In this document: positions 56,236 through 64,000 of the stretch, piece by piece
How positions within the stretch are numbered: the first letter of the stretch is position 1
Layout: each line of letters opens with the position of its first letter
Assembly (NCBI GenBank): GCA_031459385.1
Contig: JAVKIP010000014.1
Coordinates: 1 to 64,000, forward strand
Length of the DNA stretch: 64,000 nt
Reading direction: 5' to 3'
Source: Candidatus Fervidifonticultor secundus
GTDB lineage: Bacteria > Sysuimicrobiota > Sysuimicrobiia > Sysuimicrobiales > Humicultoraceae
Program-made: the position numbers and the translations under genes
The notes under the pieces: model-generated
The model's database searches: none
Seen by the model: only the letters and a program-made list of their open reading frames with translations
What the model was told of the DNA's origin: nothing

Positions 56236-59133
56236 CTACACGTCCCTGCCCACCTGGGTCGTCTCCCGCAGCGCCACCTGCGCGGCCGCCAGCCGCGCCA
56301 CGGGCACGCGGAACGGGGAGCAGCTGACGTAGTTCAGCCCCAGCTCGTGGCAGAAGGCGATCGACGCCGGGTCGCCGCCGTGCTCGCCGCAGATGCCCAC
56401 CTCGAGGTCGGGGCGGACGGCGCGGCCTCGCTCCACGGCGATCCGCATCGCCTCGCCCACGCCGGCGCGGTCCAGCGTCTGGAACGGGTTCTCCGGCAGG
56501 ATGCCGCGCTCGACGTAGCGCAGCAGGAACTTCCCCTCGGCGTCGTCGCGGGAGATGCCGAAGATCGTCTGGGTCAGGTCGTTGGTGCCAAAGGAGAAGA
56601 ACTCCGCGATCTGGGCGATCTCGCCGGCCACCAGGCACGCCCGCGGGATCTCGATCATCGTGCCGAACTTGTACGGCACGGTGACGCCCTGCCGCTCCAT
56701 CACCGCCCGGGCGGCCGCTTCCAGCTCGCGGTGCGTCTCACGCAGTTCGTTCACGTGGCTGGTCAGCGGGATCATGATCTCGGGCAGGGCCGTGATCCCT
56801 CGCTTGGTCGCCCGGCACGCCGCCTCGATGATGGCCCGCACCTGCATGACGGTGATCGCCGGGTAGGTCAGTCCCAGCCGGATGCCCCGGAGGCCCAGCA
56901 TGGGGTTGGCCTCGCGCATGGCGCGGACCAGGCGCAGCTCGGCTTCCTTCTCTGCCAGCCGCGCCCGCAGGGCCGCCAGCGACAGCTGGCCCTTCCGCGG
57001 CCGCCCGCGGCGGCGCAGGACCTGCAGCGTCTCGACGCGGGCCCGCAGGCCCGCCACCTCCTCCAGCAGCTCGTCGTGGGACGGCAGGAACTCGTGCAGC
57101 GGCGGGTCGATGAGCCTGATGATCACCGGCAGGCCATCCATGGCCTCGAACAGACCCTCGAAGTCGCGCCGCTGCAGCCGCTCCAGCTTCCGCAGTGCAC
57201 CCTCGTAGGCGCGTACCGCCGGCGAGGCGCGCACGGCCCGGCGTGCCTCGGCCAGCGCGGTCCGCGCCCGCGGGTCATCGGGCTGCTGGACCAGGGCCTG
57301 CTCGGCGGCTCGCACGCGGTCGTAGGCGGCCTGGGCCTCGGCCGCGTGGAGGATCATCTGGCGCACGATCGGCAGGCGATCGGTCTCGAAGAACATGTGC
57401 TCGGTCCGGGTCAGCCCGATGCCCTCGGCGCCGAACGCCCGGGCCCGACGGGCGTCGCGAGGGTAGTCGGCGTTGGCCCACACGCCCAGGCGCCGGAACC
57501 CGTCCGCCCACCCCAGCAGTATCATCAGCTCGCGCTGCTCCTCCAGGGTGGGCTCGGTCACCGCCACCTGCCCGGCGAACACCTCGCCCGTGGTGCCGTC
57601 GATGGACAGGTACTCACCTTCCCGGACCGTGATGCCGTTCACCGACAGCCGCCGGCGCTCGGGATCCACGTCGATCGCCTCGCATCCGGCCACGCACGGC
57701 ACGCCCAGGCCCCGCGCCACCACCGCCGCGTGGCTGGTGGCGCCGCCGCGGCTAGTGAGGATGCCCCGGGCCCGCAGCATGCCGTGCACGTCGTCGGGGT
57801 TGGTCTCCGGCCGCACCAGGATCACCGGCTTGCCTGCCCGGCCCCACGCTTCGGCGAGGGCGGCGTCGAACGCGGCCAGCCCTACCGCGGCGCCGGGCGA
57901 GGCGTTGAGCCCGCGGGCCAGGAACCGGCCGTCCCGCTGCGCGGCCTCCTTGGCCTTGGGGTCGAACCGCGGGTGCAGCAGCTGGTCGATTTGCCCGGGC
58001 TCCACGCGCAGCACCGCCTCCTCCCGCGAGATGAGCCCTTCGTCGGCCATGTCCACGGCGATCTTCACCGCTGCCTGCGCCGTGCGCTTGCCGGTGCGTG
58101 TCTGCAGCATCCACAGCCGCCCGCGCTCGATGGTGAACTCCACGTCCTGCACGTCGCGGTAGTGCCGTTCCAGCAGCTGGCAGATCCGCAGGAACTCCTG
58201 GTAGACGTCGGGGAGGTCGTGGGCCAGCTCGCTGATGGGCTTGGGCGTGCGGATGCCGGCCACGACGTCCTCGCCCTGGGCGTTGACCAGGTACTCGCCG
58301 TAGACCTGTTTCTCGCCCGTGGCCGGATTGCGCGTGAACGCCACGCCGGTGGCCGAGTCCGGGCCCATGTTGCCGAAGACCATGGTCTGGACGTTGGCGG
58401 CGGTCCCCAGGTCGTGGGCGATGCCGTGGAAGGTCCGGTAGTCGACGGCGCGCTTGCCCCACCATGAGTCGAAGACGGCCTGGATCGCCATGCGCAGCTG
58501 CTCATGGGGGTCCTGCGGGAACTCCACGCCGCGCTCCTTCTTGATGAGCGCTCGGAAGGCGGCCACCAGCGCTTTGAGGTCGTCGGCGTCCAGGGCGGTG
58601 TCCTCAGTCACGCCCTTGCGCCGCTTCGCCTGTCGGATCAGGTGTTCGAACCGGTCGCCCGGGATGTCGAGGACGATCTTCCCGAACATCTGCACGAGCC
58701 GGCGGTAGGCGTCCCAGCCGAAGCGCGGATTGCCGGTGAGCCGGATCAGGCCTTCCAGCGTCCGATCGTTCAGCCCCAGGTTCAGCACGGTGTCCATCAT
58801 CCCCGGCATGCTGAACTTGGCGCCCGAGCGTACCGACAGGAGCAGCGGGTTGGCCGGGTCGCCGAAGCGCTTGCCGGTCTTGGTTTCCACAGCCCGCAGC
58901 CGCTCGCCGACCTCGTCCATCAGGCCGTCGGGGAACCGACGGCCGGCGCGCATGTACTCGACGCAGGCCCGGGTCGTGATGGTGAAGCCCGGCGGCACCG
59001 GCAGGCCGATGCGGCTCATCTCCGCCAGGCCGGCGCCCTTGCCGCCCAGCAGGTCTCGCATCGAGGCGTCGCCTTCTTCGAAGAGCAGGGTCCAGCGGAA
59101 CTGCGTACGGGGTGCTTCTGCGGTAGTCGTCAT
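56236..59133 (-). CDS. ppdK: Pyruvate, phosphate dikinase
   Basis: LGGKG, SVRSGA..SMPGMMDT, TSHAAVVAR, NPMLG.RG.R, GTNDLTQ, CGEHGG; TATAAT at 59172-59177 (minus). Confidence 0.98.
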   Translation of the reverse strand: MTTTAEAPRTQFRWTLLFEEGDASMRDLLGGKGAGLAEMSRIGLPVPPGFTITTRACVEYMRAGRRFPDGLMDEVGERLRAVETKTGKRFGDPANPLLLSVRSGAKFSMPGMMDTVLNLGLNDRTLEGLIRLTGNPRFGWDAYRRLVQMFGKIVLDIPGDRFEHLIRQAKRRKGVTEDTALDADDLKALVAAFRALIKKERGVEFPQDPHEQLRMAIQAVFDSWWGKRAVDYRTFHGIAHDLGTAANVQTMVFGNMGPDSATGVAFTRNPATGEKQVYGEYLVNAQGEDVVAGIRTPKPISELAHDLPDVYQEFLRICQLLERHYRDVQDVEFTIERGRLWMLQTRTGKRTAQAAVKIAVDMADEGLISREEAVLRVEPGQIDQLLHPRFDPKAKEAAQRDGRFLARGLNASPGAAVGLAAFDAALAEAWGRAGKPVILVRPETNPDDVHGMLRARGILTSRGGATSHAAVVARGLGVPCVAGCEAIDVDPERRRLSVNGITVREGEYLSIDGTTGEVFAGQVAVTEPTLEEQRELMILLGWADGFRRLGVWANADYPRDARRARAFGAEGIGLTRTEHMFFETDRLPIVRQMILHAAEAQAAYDRVRAAEQALVQQPDDPRARTALAEARRAVRASPAVRAYEGALRKLERLQRRDFEGLFEAMDGLPVIIRLIDPPLHEFLPSHDELLEEVAGLRARVETLQVLRRRGRPRKGQLSLAALRARLAEKEAELRLVRAMREANPMLGLRGIRLGLTYPAITVMQVRAIIEAACRATKRGITALPEIMIPLTSHVNELRETHRELEAAARAVMERQGVTVPYKFGTMIEIPRACLVAGEIAQIAEFFSFGTNDLTQTIFGISRDDAEGKFLLRYVERGILPENPFQTLDRAGVGEAMRIAVERGRAVRPDLEVGICGEHGGDPASIAFCHELGLNYVSCSPFRVPVARLAAAQVALRETTQVGRDV

Positions 59134-59273
59134 GCGTCTGCCTCCAGCCAGCCCGTGGCATACACGATGGCATTATACGACACGGGGCGGCGGCCGCCGG
59201 ACGACGGCCGCCACCCCGGAGAGCATCTGCGTCGCTGTCCGTCCCTGCGCCCGCCTCCCTGGGCGCGGACGCC

Positions 59274-59861
59274 TCAGGCCTGCTGGCGTGCCGGCGCCGC
59301 GGTCCTCTTGAAGACCCGCCCGGGCCGCCACGGCGTGCCCAGTAGCGGCAGCAGGTAGTAGTCCAGACCGATGTACCCGGCGACCTTCCAGGCCAGGATC
59401 AGCAGGATCGCCAGGAGGAACATGACCGGATTGGTGCTGGCGGTGCCTGCCATCATGAAGTTCCAGTTCATGAACGCGCCGAAGAAGGCCGCGATCCCGG
59501 TGAAGATCCCCAGCACCAGCGCGATCCCGACCAGCAGCTCGCCCCAGGCCACCAGCTTGGCGAACCAGGTATGCGTCTCGGTGGCCAGCAGGTAGTTGAT
59601 GAAGTCGCGATACCAGTCGAACGCGATGGGCGGACGGCCCCGCGCCGGAATCTGGACGGCGCGCTCCCAGAAGCCCTTGACCGCGGCACCGGTGACCACC
59701 CAGTCGGGGTCGTTCACCTTGTGCAGCGCCGCATCGATCCACTGCCAGCCCACCCAGACGCGCACGATCAGCCACAGCCAGACCACCCTGGTGCTGCTGA
59801 AGAGGAACGTGGCCAGCGGGGGATCCTGGATCTCCGTCCGGCCGACGTTGACTTTCGCCAT
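59274..59861 (-). CDS. DoxX/DoxD-family membrane protein
   Basis: RVWVGWQW, WGELLVG, FMNWNFMMAG..STNP, AGYIGLD. Confidence 0.88.
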   Translation of the reverse strand: MAKVNVGRTEIQDPPLATFLFSSTRVVWLWLIVRVWVGWQWIDAALHKVNDPDWVVTGAAVKGFWERAVQIPARGRPPIAFDWYRDFINYLLATETHTWFAKLVAWGELLVGIALVLGIFTGIAAFFGAFMNWNFMMAGTASTNPVMFLLAILLILAWKVAGYIGLDYYLLPLLGTPWRPGRVFKRTAAPARQQA

Positions 59862-59883
59862 CGTTCCTCACCTCCCGTCTTGC

Positions 59884-59991
59884 AGGCTACGGGCAGACCG
59901 ATAGCGTCGGTATCGGGCGCAAGTTCGATTTTTGGCCCGGGCCCCCCTCCGGCGGGGGCCCGATGTCCGCCCCGGGGCGAGACGGTATCCT
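59884..59991. promoter_or_regulatory. Divergent promoters with two boxes
   Basis: ATCGGGCGCAAGTTCGAT 59912-59929 is 22 nt from TAGCCT (minus); CTCCGGCGGGGGCCCGAT 59947-59964 is 21 nt from TATCCT. Confidence 0.72.
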
Positions 59992-60032
59992 GGAGCCGGG
60001 ATCGGTTGTCGGCTCCCGAGGAGGCGAGGGGC

Positions 60033-60413
60033 ATGCTGGAGGATCTGATCGGGCGCATCGCGCGCATCGACGAACAGGCCACGGTCAAGACGGTCTTTGG
60101 CGATCCCATCCGGGCCGATGGCCGCACCCTTGTGCCGGTCGCCAGAGTAGCCTACGGGTTCGGCTTCGGCCTGGGCCGCAATCAGGAGAAGGAGCAGGGG
60201 ACCGAGGAGACCGGCGAGGGTGGCGGGGGCGGGGGCGGCGCCTGGGTGCGGCCGATGGCGGTCCTGGAGATCACCGACGCCGGCACCAGGGTCCGGCCGA
60301 TCGTGGACGTGACGCGGCTCGTGCTGGCCGGCCTGGCGCTGGTAGCGTGGAACGTCTTCTGGGTCGCCTACACCGTGCGGGCGGTCGAGCGCGCCCGCGC
60401 GCGGCGGGCGTAG
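60033..60413 (+). CDS. YtfJ/GerW-family protein with C-terminal TM
   Basis: TVFGDPI, LVPVARVAYGFGFG, GGGGGGG..RPMAVLEI. Confidence 0.88.
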   Translation: MLEDLIGRIARIDEQATVKTVFGDPIRADGRTLVPVARVAYGFGFGLGRNQEKEQGTEETGEGGGGGGGAWVRPMAVLEITDAGTRVRPIVDVTRLVLAGLALVAWNVFWVAYTVRAVERARARRA

Positions 60414-60441
60414 CGCCCGGGGTGCTGGGGTGTGGCTTCAT

Positions 60442-61716
60442 TCAAAGCAGCAGGGCCGCCAGTGCCACCGTCCCGGCCACCACGGCCGCGCCCTGCACGA
60501 CCACGAGCGTGCGACGGAACGGGGCGCTGCCCAGCCAGAGGGCATACGCGGCCTTGGCTGCAGTGTTGGCGAGAACGGCCAGCGCAATTGCGCTCGCCGC
60601 CACCTCTGGGCGGAGATGGCGGCCAGCTGCGCTGGCCAGCGCCAGCGTGATCGCGTCCACGTCGGTCAGGCCGGCGAGCACTGCGGCAGCTACCACGCCC
60701 CACGCGCCCGTGTAGCGCGACGCCGCTTCTACGGCCAGCAGCACCAGCGCGTAGAGCGCGGTGAAGCGGATGGCCTGCGACAGCCGGAACGGGCTGGCCA
60801 CACCCGGCGCTGCCTCGCGCGCTGGTGCGCCCCGCCGGGCCAGCACCGCCACGGTTGCCACACCACCGGCCAGCGCGGCGCCGAGGAACGGCGCGAGTCC
60901 GGGCAGTACCGCCGGCCCCGCGATAGCCGTCAGCGTGCCGACGCGCACCAGCATGACCAGCGACGCCAGACCCGCAGCGACGGCCAGCGGGGTGGCCCGC
61001 GCCGGTTCCTCCCGGGAGCGCGTCGCGAACGACACGGTGACCGCCGTGCTGGAGACCAGGCCGCCCAGCAGCCCGCTGACGTACAGCCCGCGCGCTTCCC
61101 CCCAGATTCGCATCCCGATGAACGCCAGGAACGAGAAACCGCAGACCAGCACGACTATGCCCCAGAGGTGGCGCGGGTTCCACACGCCCCAGGGACCGTA
61201 GCGCGCGTCGGGGAGGAGGGGGAGCACGACCGCCGCGATCACCGCCAGCACCAGCGCTGCCCGGACCTCGTCGCGGCTCAGCCCGCGCGGGAACGCCTCC
61301 AGGCGCTCTTTGGACGCCAGCAGCACCGTCATGCCGATGCCCAGGACGGCCGCCGGCAGCAGTGCGCCGGCGCCAGCCAGCACCCCGACCCAGTACGTAG
61401 CCAGCGCCGCGGTCTCGGTGGTCGTGCCGATGTCGCTGCGGCTGCTGCGGAAATACGAGACGGTGACCAGTGCGGCCACGGCCACGAACCCGGTGATCAC
61501 GGCCACACCGATCTGCCCCGATGCCAGGACCAGGACCGCTCCGAGGACGCAGAACAGGGGAAACGTCCTGACGCCTGCGAACTGGGGCGTGCCCGCACCC
61601 TCGGCGCGCTCCCGCTCGATGCCGATCAGGCCGCCGAGCGCCGCCGCCACCATCAGCCGCAGGAGGATGGACTCGGTCGCCTCGGCAGGCTGGAAGAGGT
61701 CGAGCCCGCCAGTCAT
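60442..61716 (-). CDS. MgtC/SapB + DUF4010 membrane protein
   Basis: GLIGIERE, AGVRTF, GTTTE, GGLVSSTAVT, GLTDVDAIT. Confidence 0.92.
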   Translation of the reverse strand: MTGGLDLFQPAEATESILLRLMVAAALGGLIGIERERAEGAGTPQFAGVRTFPLFCVLGAVLVLASGQIGVAVITGFVAVAALVTVSYFRSSRSDIGTTTETAALATYWVGVLAGAGALLPAAVLGIGMTVLLASKERLEAFPRGLSRDEVRAALVLAVIAAVVLPLLPDARYGPWGVWNPRHLWGIVVLVCGFSFLAFIGMRIWGEARGLYVSGLLGGLVSSTAVTVSFATRSREEPARATPLAVAAGLASLVMLVRVGTLTAIAGPAVLPGLAPFLGAALAGGVATVAVLARRGAPAREAAPGVASPFRLSQAIRFTALYALVLLAVEAASRYTGAWGVVAAAVLAGLTDVDAITLALASAAGRHLRPEVAASAIALAVLANTAAKAAYALWLGSAPFRRTLVVVQGAAVVAGTVALAALLL

Positions 61717-61788
61717 GGCTCGTACTCCGCGGTCAGTGCCACGCGGCCCGCGAGGGTACGGGCGGACAGCGCCATGCCGGCCCGGCGT

Positions 61789-61920
61789 CTAGGCTTCCGC
61801 CGCCCGGTGCCAGCGCCAGGCGAAGTAGAGGATATACGTGGCCAGTGCGGCGAGCGCCAGGCCGGTCAGCAGGCCCGCGCCCAGCAGCGTCCAGCGCACC
61901 ACCCGCGCGGTCTCTGTCAT
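61789..61920 (-). CDS. 43-aa single-TM small protein
   Basis: MTETARVVRWTLLGAGLLTGLAALALATYILYFAWRWHRAAEA; box and weak -10 directly upstream. Confidence 0.55.
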   Translation of the reverse strand: MTETARVVRWTLLGAGLLTGLALAALATYILYFAWRWHRAAEA

Positions 61921-61926
61921 GTTCCC

Positions 61927-62100
61927 ATTACACCACAGCCCGGTCGCCCAATTCCCTCGGCCGGCCGCCCGATTTCTCCCCTCGGGCCGGCAGCCGACCG
62001 GCGGTGGGGGGTGCGCGGTACGACGGGAGCGCGGGCGCGGCCGGCCCCGGGCGGGCCGGGTGGGCACCCGATGGCGCGCTGCCGCCGGTCGTGCCATGCT
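61927..62100. promoter_or_regulatory. Divergent promoters with boxes
   Basis: Boxes 61956-61973, 61981-61998 and GCCGGGTGGGCACCCGAT 62055-62072 (22 nt from CATGCT 62095-62100). Confidence 0.68.
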
Positions 62101-62146
62101 GGAGGCAAACCCTCACTATATATAGGCGCAGAGAGGGGGATGCCCA

Positions 62147-62620
62147 GTGACCTGCCGCGAGCGCCTGGAGCAGATGTTCAGGAACGCACAGGTAGCCTAC
62201 CGCGTCACGCCCCACCCGCCCGCCTTCACCGCGCAGGAGATCGCCGCCGCCGAGCACGTAAGCGGCTACGAGGTCGCCAAGGTCGTAATGGCCCTGGCCG
62301 ACGACCGCTTGGTGATGCTCGTGCTGCCCGCCCCGTACCGCGTGGACCTGGTGCGGCTGAAGCAGCAGCTCGGCGCGGCGGCTGTGCGTCTGGCGCACGA
62401 GCGCGAGTTCGCCAACGTCTTCCCCGACTGCGAGGTCGGCGCCATGCCGCCGTTCGGCAACCTCTACAACATTCCCGTGTACGTCGACCGCGCGCTGACG
62501 GCCGACCGGGAGATTACGTTCAACGCCGGCTCGCACCGCGAGACCATGACCGTCGCCTACGCGGATTTCGAGCGGCTGGCGCAACCCACAGTGCTGGAGT
62601 TCGCCCGCGGCCCCCGGTGA
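62147..62620 (+). CDS. YbaK/EbsC-family protein (copy 2)
   Basis: VAKVV, FPDCEVGAMPPFG, FNAGSH; close paralog of 38161-38655. Confidence 0.9.
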   Translation: MTCRERLEQMFRNAQVAYRVTPHPPAFTAQEIAAAEHVSGYEVAKVVMALADDRLVMLVLPAPYRVDLVRLKQQLGAAAVRLAHEREFANVFPDCEVGAMPPFGNLYNIPVYVDRALTADREITFNAGSHRETMTVAYADFERLAQPTVLEFARGPR

Positions 62621-62656
62621 GCTGCGCGGCCCGCGCTGCGCCGTGGGCTTCGACCC

Positions 62657-64000
62657 TCAGCGGCGCGCCGCGCGATAGTACCGCCAGGCCAGCAAGCTCG
62701 TGGCGCCCTGCAGGCCCAGCCGGGTGTTGCCCAGCGTGTTGCGCACCACCGGCTGGGTCTTCGGATTGGTGAAGTACATGGTCGGGACCTGGTCGGCGAC
62801 GATCTCCTGCCACCGGAAGTAGAGCGCCCGGCGCTTCGCCTGGTCCACCTCGCGGGCCACCTGCTCGAAGATGCGGTCGATCTCGGCCTCCCAGTCGGTG
62901 GCAGGTGTGGGCTGGCGCGGGTTCCAGTCGTGCAGCGCGCCCGAGGACAGCCAGTAGGTGCGGGCCACGCCGGGCTCGATGTCGCCGGTGAGGCCGATGA
63001 TGATGGCGTCCCAGCGGAACGTGTTGTCGAGTTTCGTCACCAGGTTCGCAAAGGGCTCCGGGGCGAAGACGACCGCGATGCCCAGGCGCTCGAAGTCCTG
63101 CCGCACCAGGTTCCCGATGGCGACGCCGTCCGGGCTCTCCGCGCTCACCGAGAGCGTGAACGCCACCGGGTTGCCCCCGGCGTCGCGCAGCCGGCCGTCG
63201 GGCCCCGTGCGGAAGCCCGCCTCCTCCAGCAGCCGCCCGGCGCGGGGCAGGTCATACGGGTAGCGCCGGACGTTTGGGTTGTAGTAGAGGCGGTTGGCGA
63301 TGCTGACTGGGCTCCACGCCGGCGTGGCCCGACCCAGGTACACCTGCCGGACGATCGTGTCGCGGTCGATGGCGTGGTTGAGGGCGCGGCGGAAGCGCAC
63401 GTCCTGGAACCACGTGAGCTTCGGCGGGGCCAGGCCCCGCGGATTCTGGTTGAACACCAGGTACTGGGACGAGAACGTCTCCGGCCCGTCGTAAACCGTG
63501 TAGTTCCCCGCGCGCTCGCCCGCCTTCAACTCGGCGTACTCGCGCGGCCGGGCGTCGTAGAGGTCGATCTCGCCGGCGAGGAACTTGAGGCGCTCGGCGT
63601 CCTGGTTGCGTACGAACAGCAGCACGTACCGGTCGAGGTAGGGCAGCCGCGTCCCGGCGCGGTCCACCTGCCAGTAATAGGGGTTGCGCCGGTAGGTGGC
63701 GCGCTGGCCGAAGACGTAGGTCTGCATCACGAACGGCCCGCTGCCGACGAGTTCGCGCGGCGGGGTGTTGATGCCCCAGGTGGTGTTGAAGGCCGCGGCG
63801 CCCCGCGCCAGGGCGGCCTGCAGCCTGTGCTTCGGGATGATCGTGACGCTGCTCAGCAGCCGGAGGAAGAAGCCCACTGGCTCGGGCGTGGTCAGCGCGA
63901 CGCGTCGCGCATCCAGCACGCGCCAGCGCACCGGCTGCCCCTTGAAGGTGAGCAGGTCGGCCGCGGTGCTCTGCACGCCCTTCGTGAAGATCACCTGCAG
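62657..64000 (-). CDS. Family-5 ABC substrate-binding protein, 5' end outside the window
   Basis: GSGPF, RNPYYW..D..G.RLPYLD, FRRALNHAIDR, WEAEID. Confidence 0.88.
   Translation of the reverse strand: MQVIFTKGVQSTAADLLTFKGQPVRWRVLDARRVALTTPEPVGFFLRLLSSVTIIPKHRLQAALARGAAAFNTTWGINTPPRELVGSGPFVMQTYVFGQRATYRRNPYYWQVDRAGTRLPYLDRYVLLFVRNQDAERLKFLAGEIDLYDARPREYAELKAGERAGNYTVYDGPETFSSQYLVFNQNPRGLAPPKLTWFQDVRFRRALNHAIDRDTIVRQVYLGRATPAWSPVSIANRLYYNPNVRRYPYDLPRAGRLLEEAGFRTGPDGRLRDAGGNPVAFTLSVSAESPDGVAIGNLVRQDFERLGIAVVFAPEPFANLVTKLDNTFRWDAIIIGLTGDIEPGVARTYWLSSGALHDWNPRQPTPATDWEAEIDRIFEQVAREVDQAKRRALYFRWQEIVADQVPTMYFTNPKTQPVVRNTLGNTRLGLQGATSLLAWRYYRAARR

Noticed and set aside
4069..62072. The recurring palindrome as REP/MITE elements or CRISPR repeats
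   Set aside because: Variable 4-nt core, no shared flanks, no array periodicity, and location 5' of genes at fixed distance from -10 boxes
880..62772. Many long alternative-frame or antisense ORFs (e.g. 880-2532, 13610-16039, 50523-52340, 56347-58467, 60430-62772)
   Set aside because: Shadow ORFs expected at high GC; they overlap well-supported genes and lack recognisable motifs
1..64000. Mobile elements, prophage, defence systems, tRNA or rRNA
   Set aside because: No integrase, transposase, phage, cas or structural-RNA signatures seen; composition looks uniform by eye

Overview
High-GC bacterial chromosomal window, almost fully coding (about 60 CDS). I found no CRISPR array, rRNA, tRNA or mobile element. 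Content: guaB, a GltD-like oxidoreductase, a MoeA-MobB fusion, proline dehydrogenase, and a complete V/A-type ATPase operon ending in an orphan histidine kinase. Also present are a DPSL-like ferritin, a sugar/AI-2-type ABC transporter, psrABC with an exported rhodanese, citrate synthase, an SQR-like module, a NarL-type two-component system, malic enzyme, Fhs, a CmtR-like/P1B ATPase pair, PPDK, and many USP/CBS/YbaK/eRF1-like stress proteins. Two main discoveries come from the non-coding DNA. (1) An 18-bp palindrome (consensus ATCGGGC-N4-GCCCGAT) recurs more than 20 times in intergenic regions, mostly 21-23 nt upstream of a -10 hexamer. This suggests most of the window is one clustered activator regulon resembling a hypoxia/dormancy energy programme. 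(2) A ~170-nt multibranched structured RNA (39764-39932) begins at the predicted start site of one of these promoters. Functional calls come from motif recognition only; no database searches were run.
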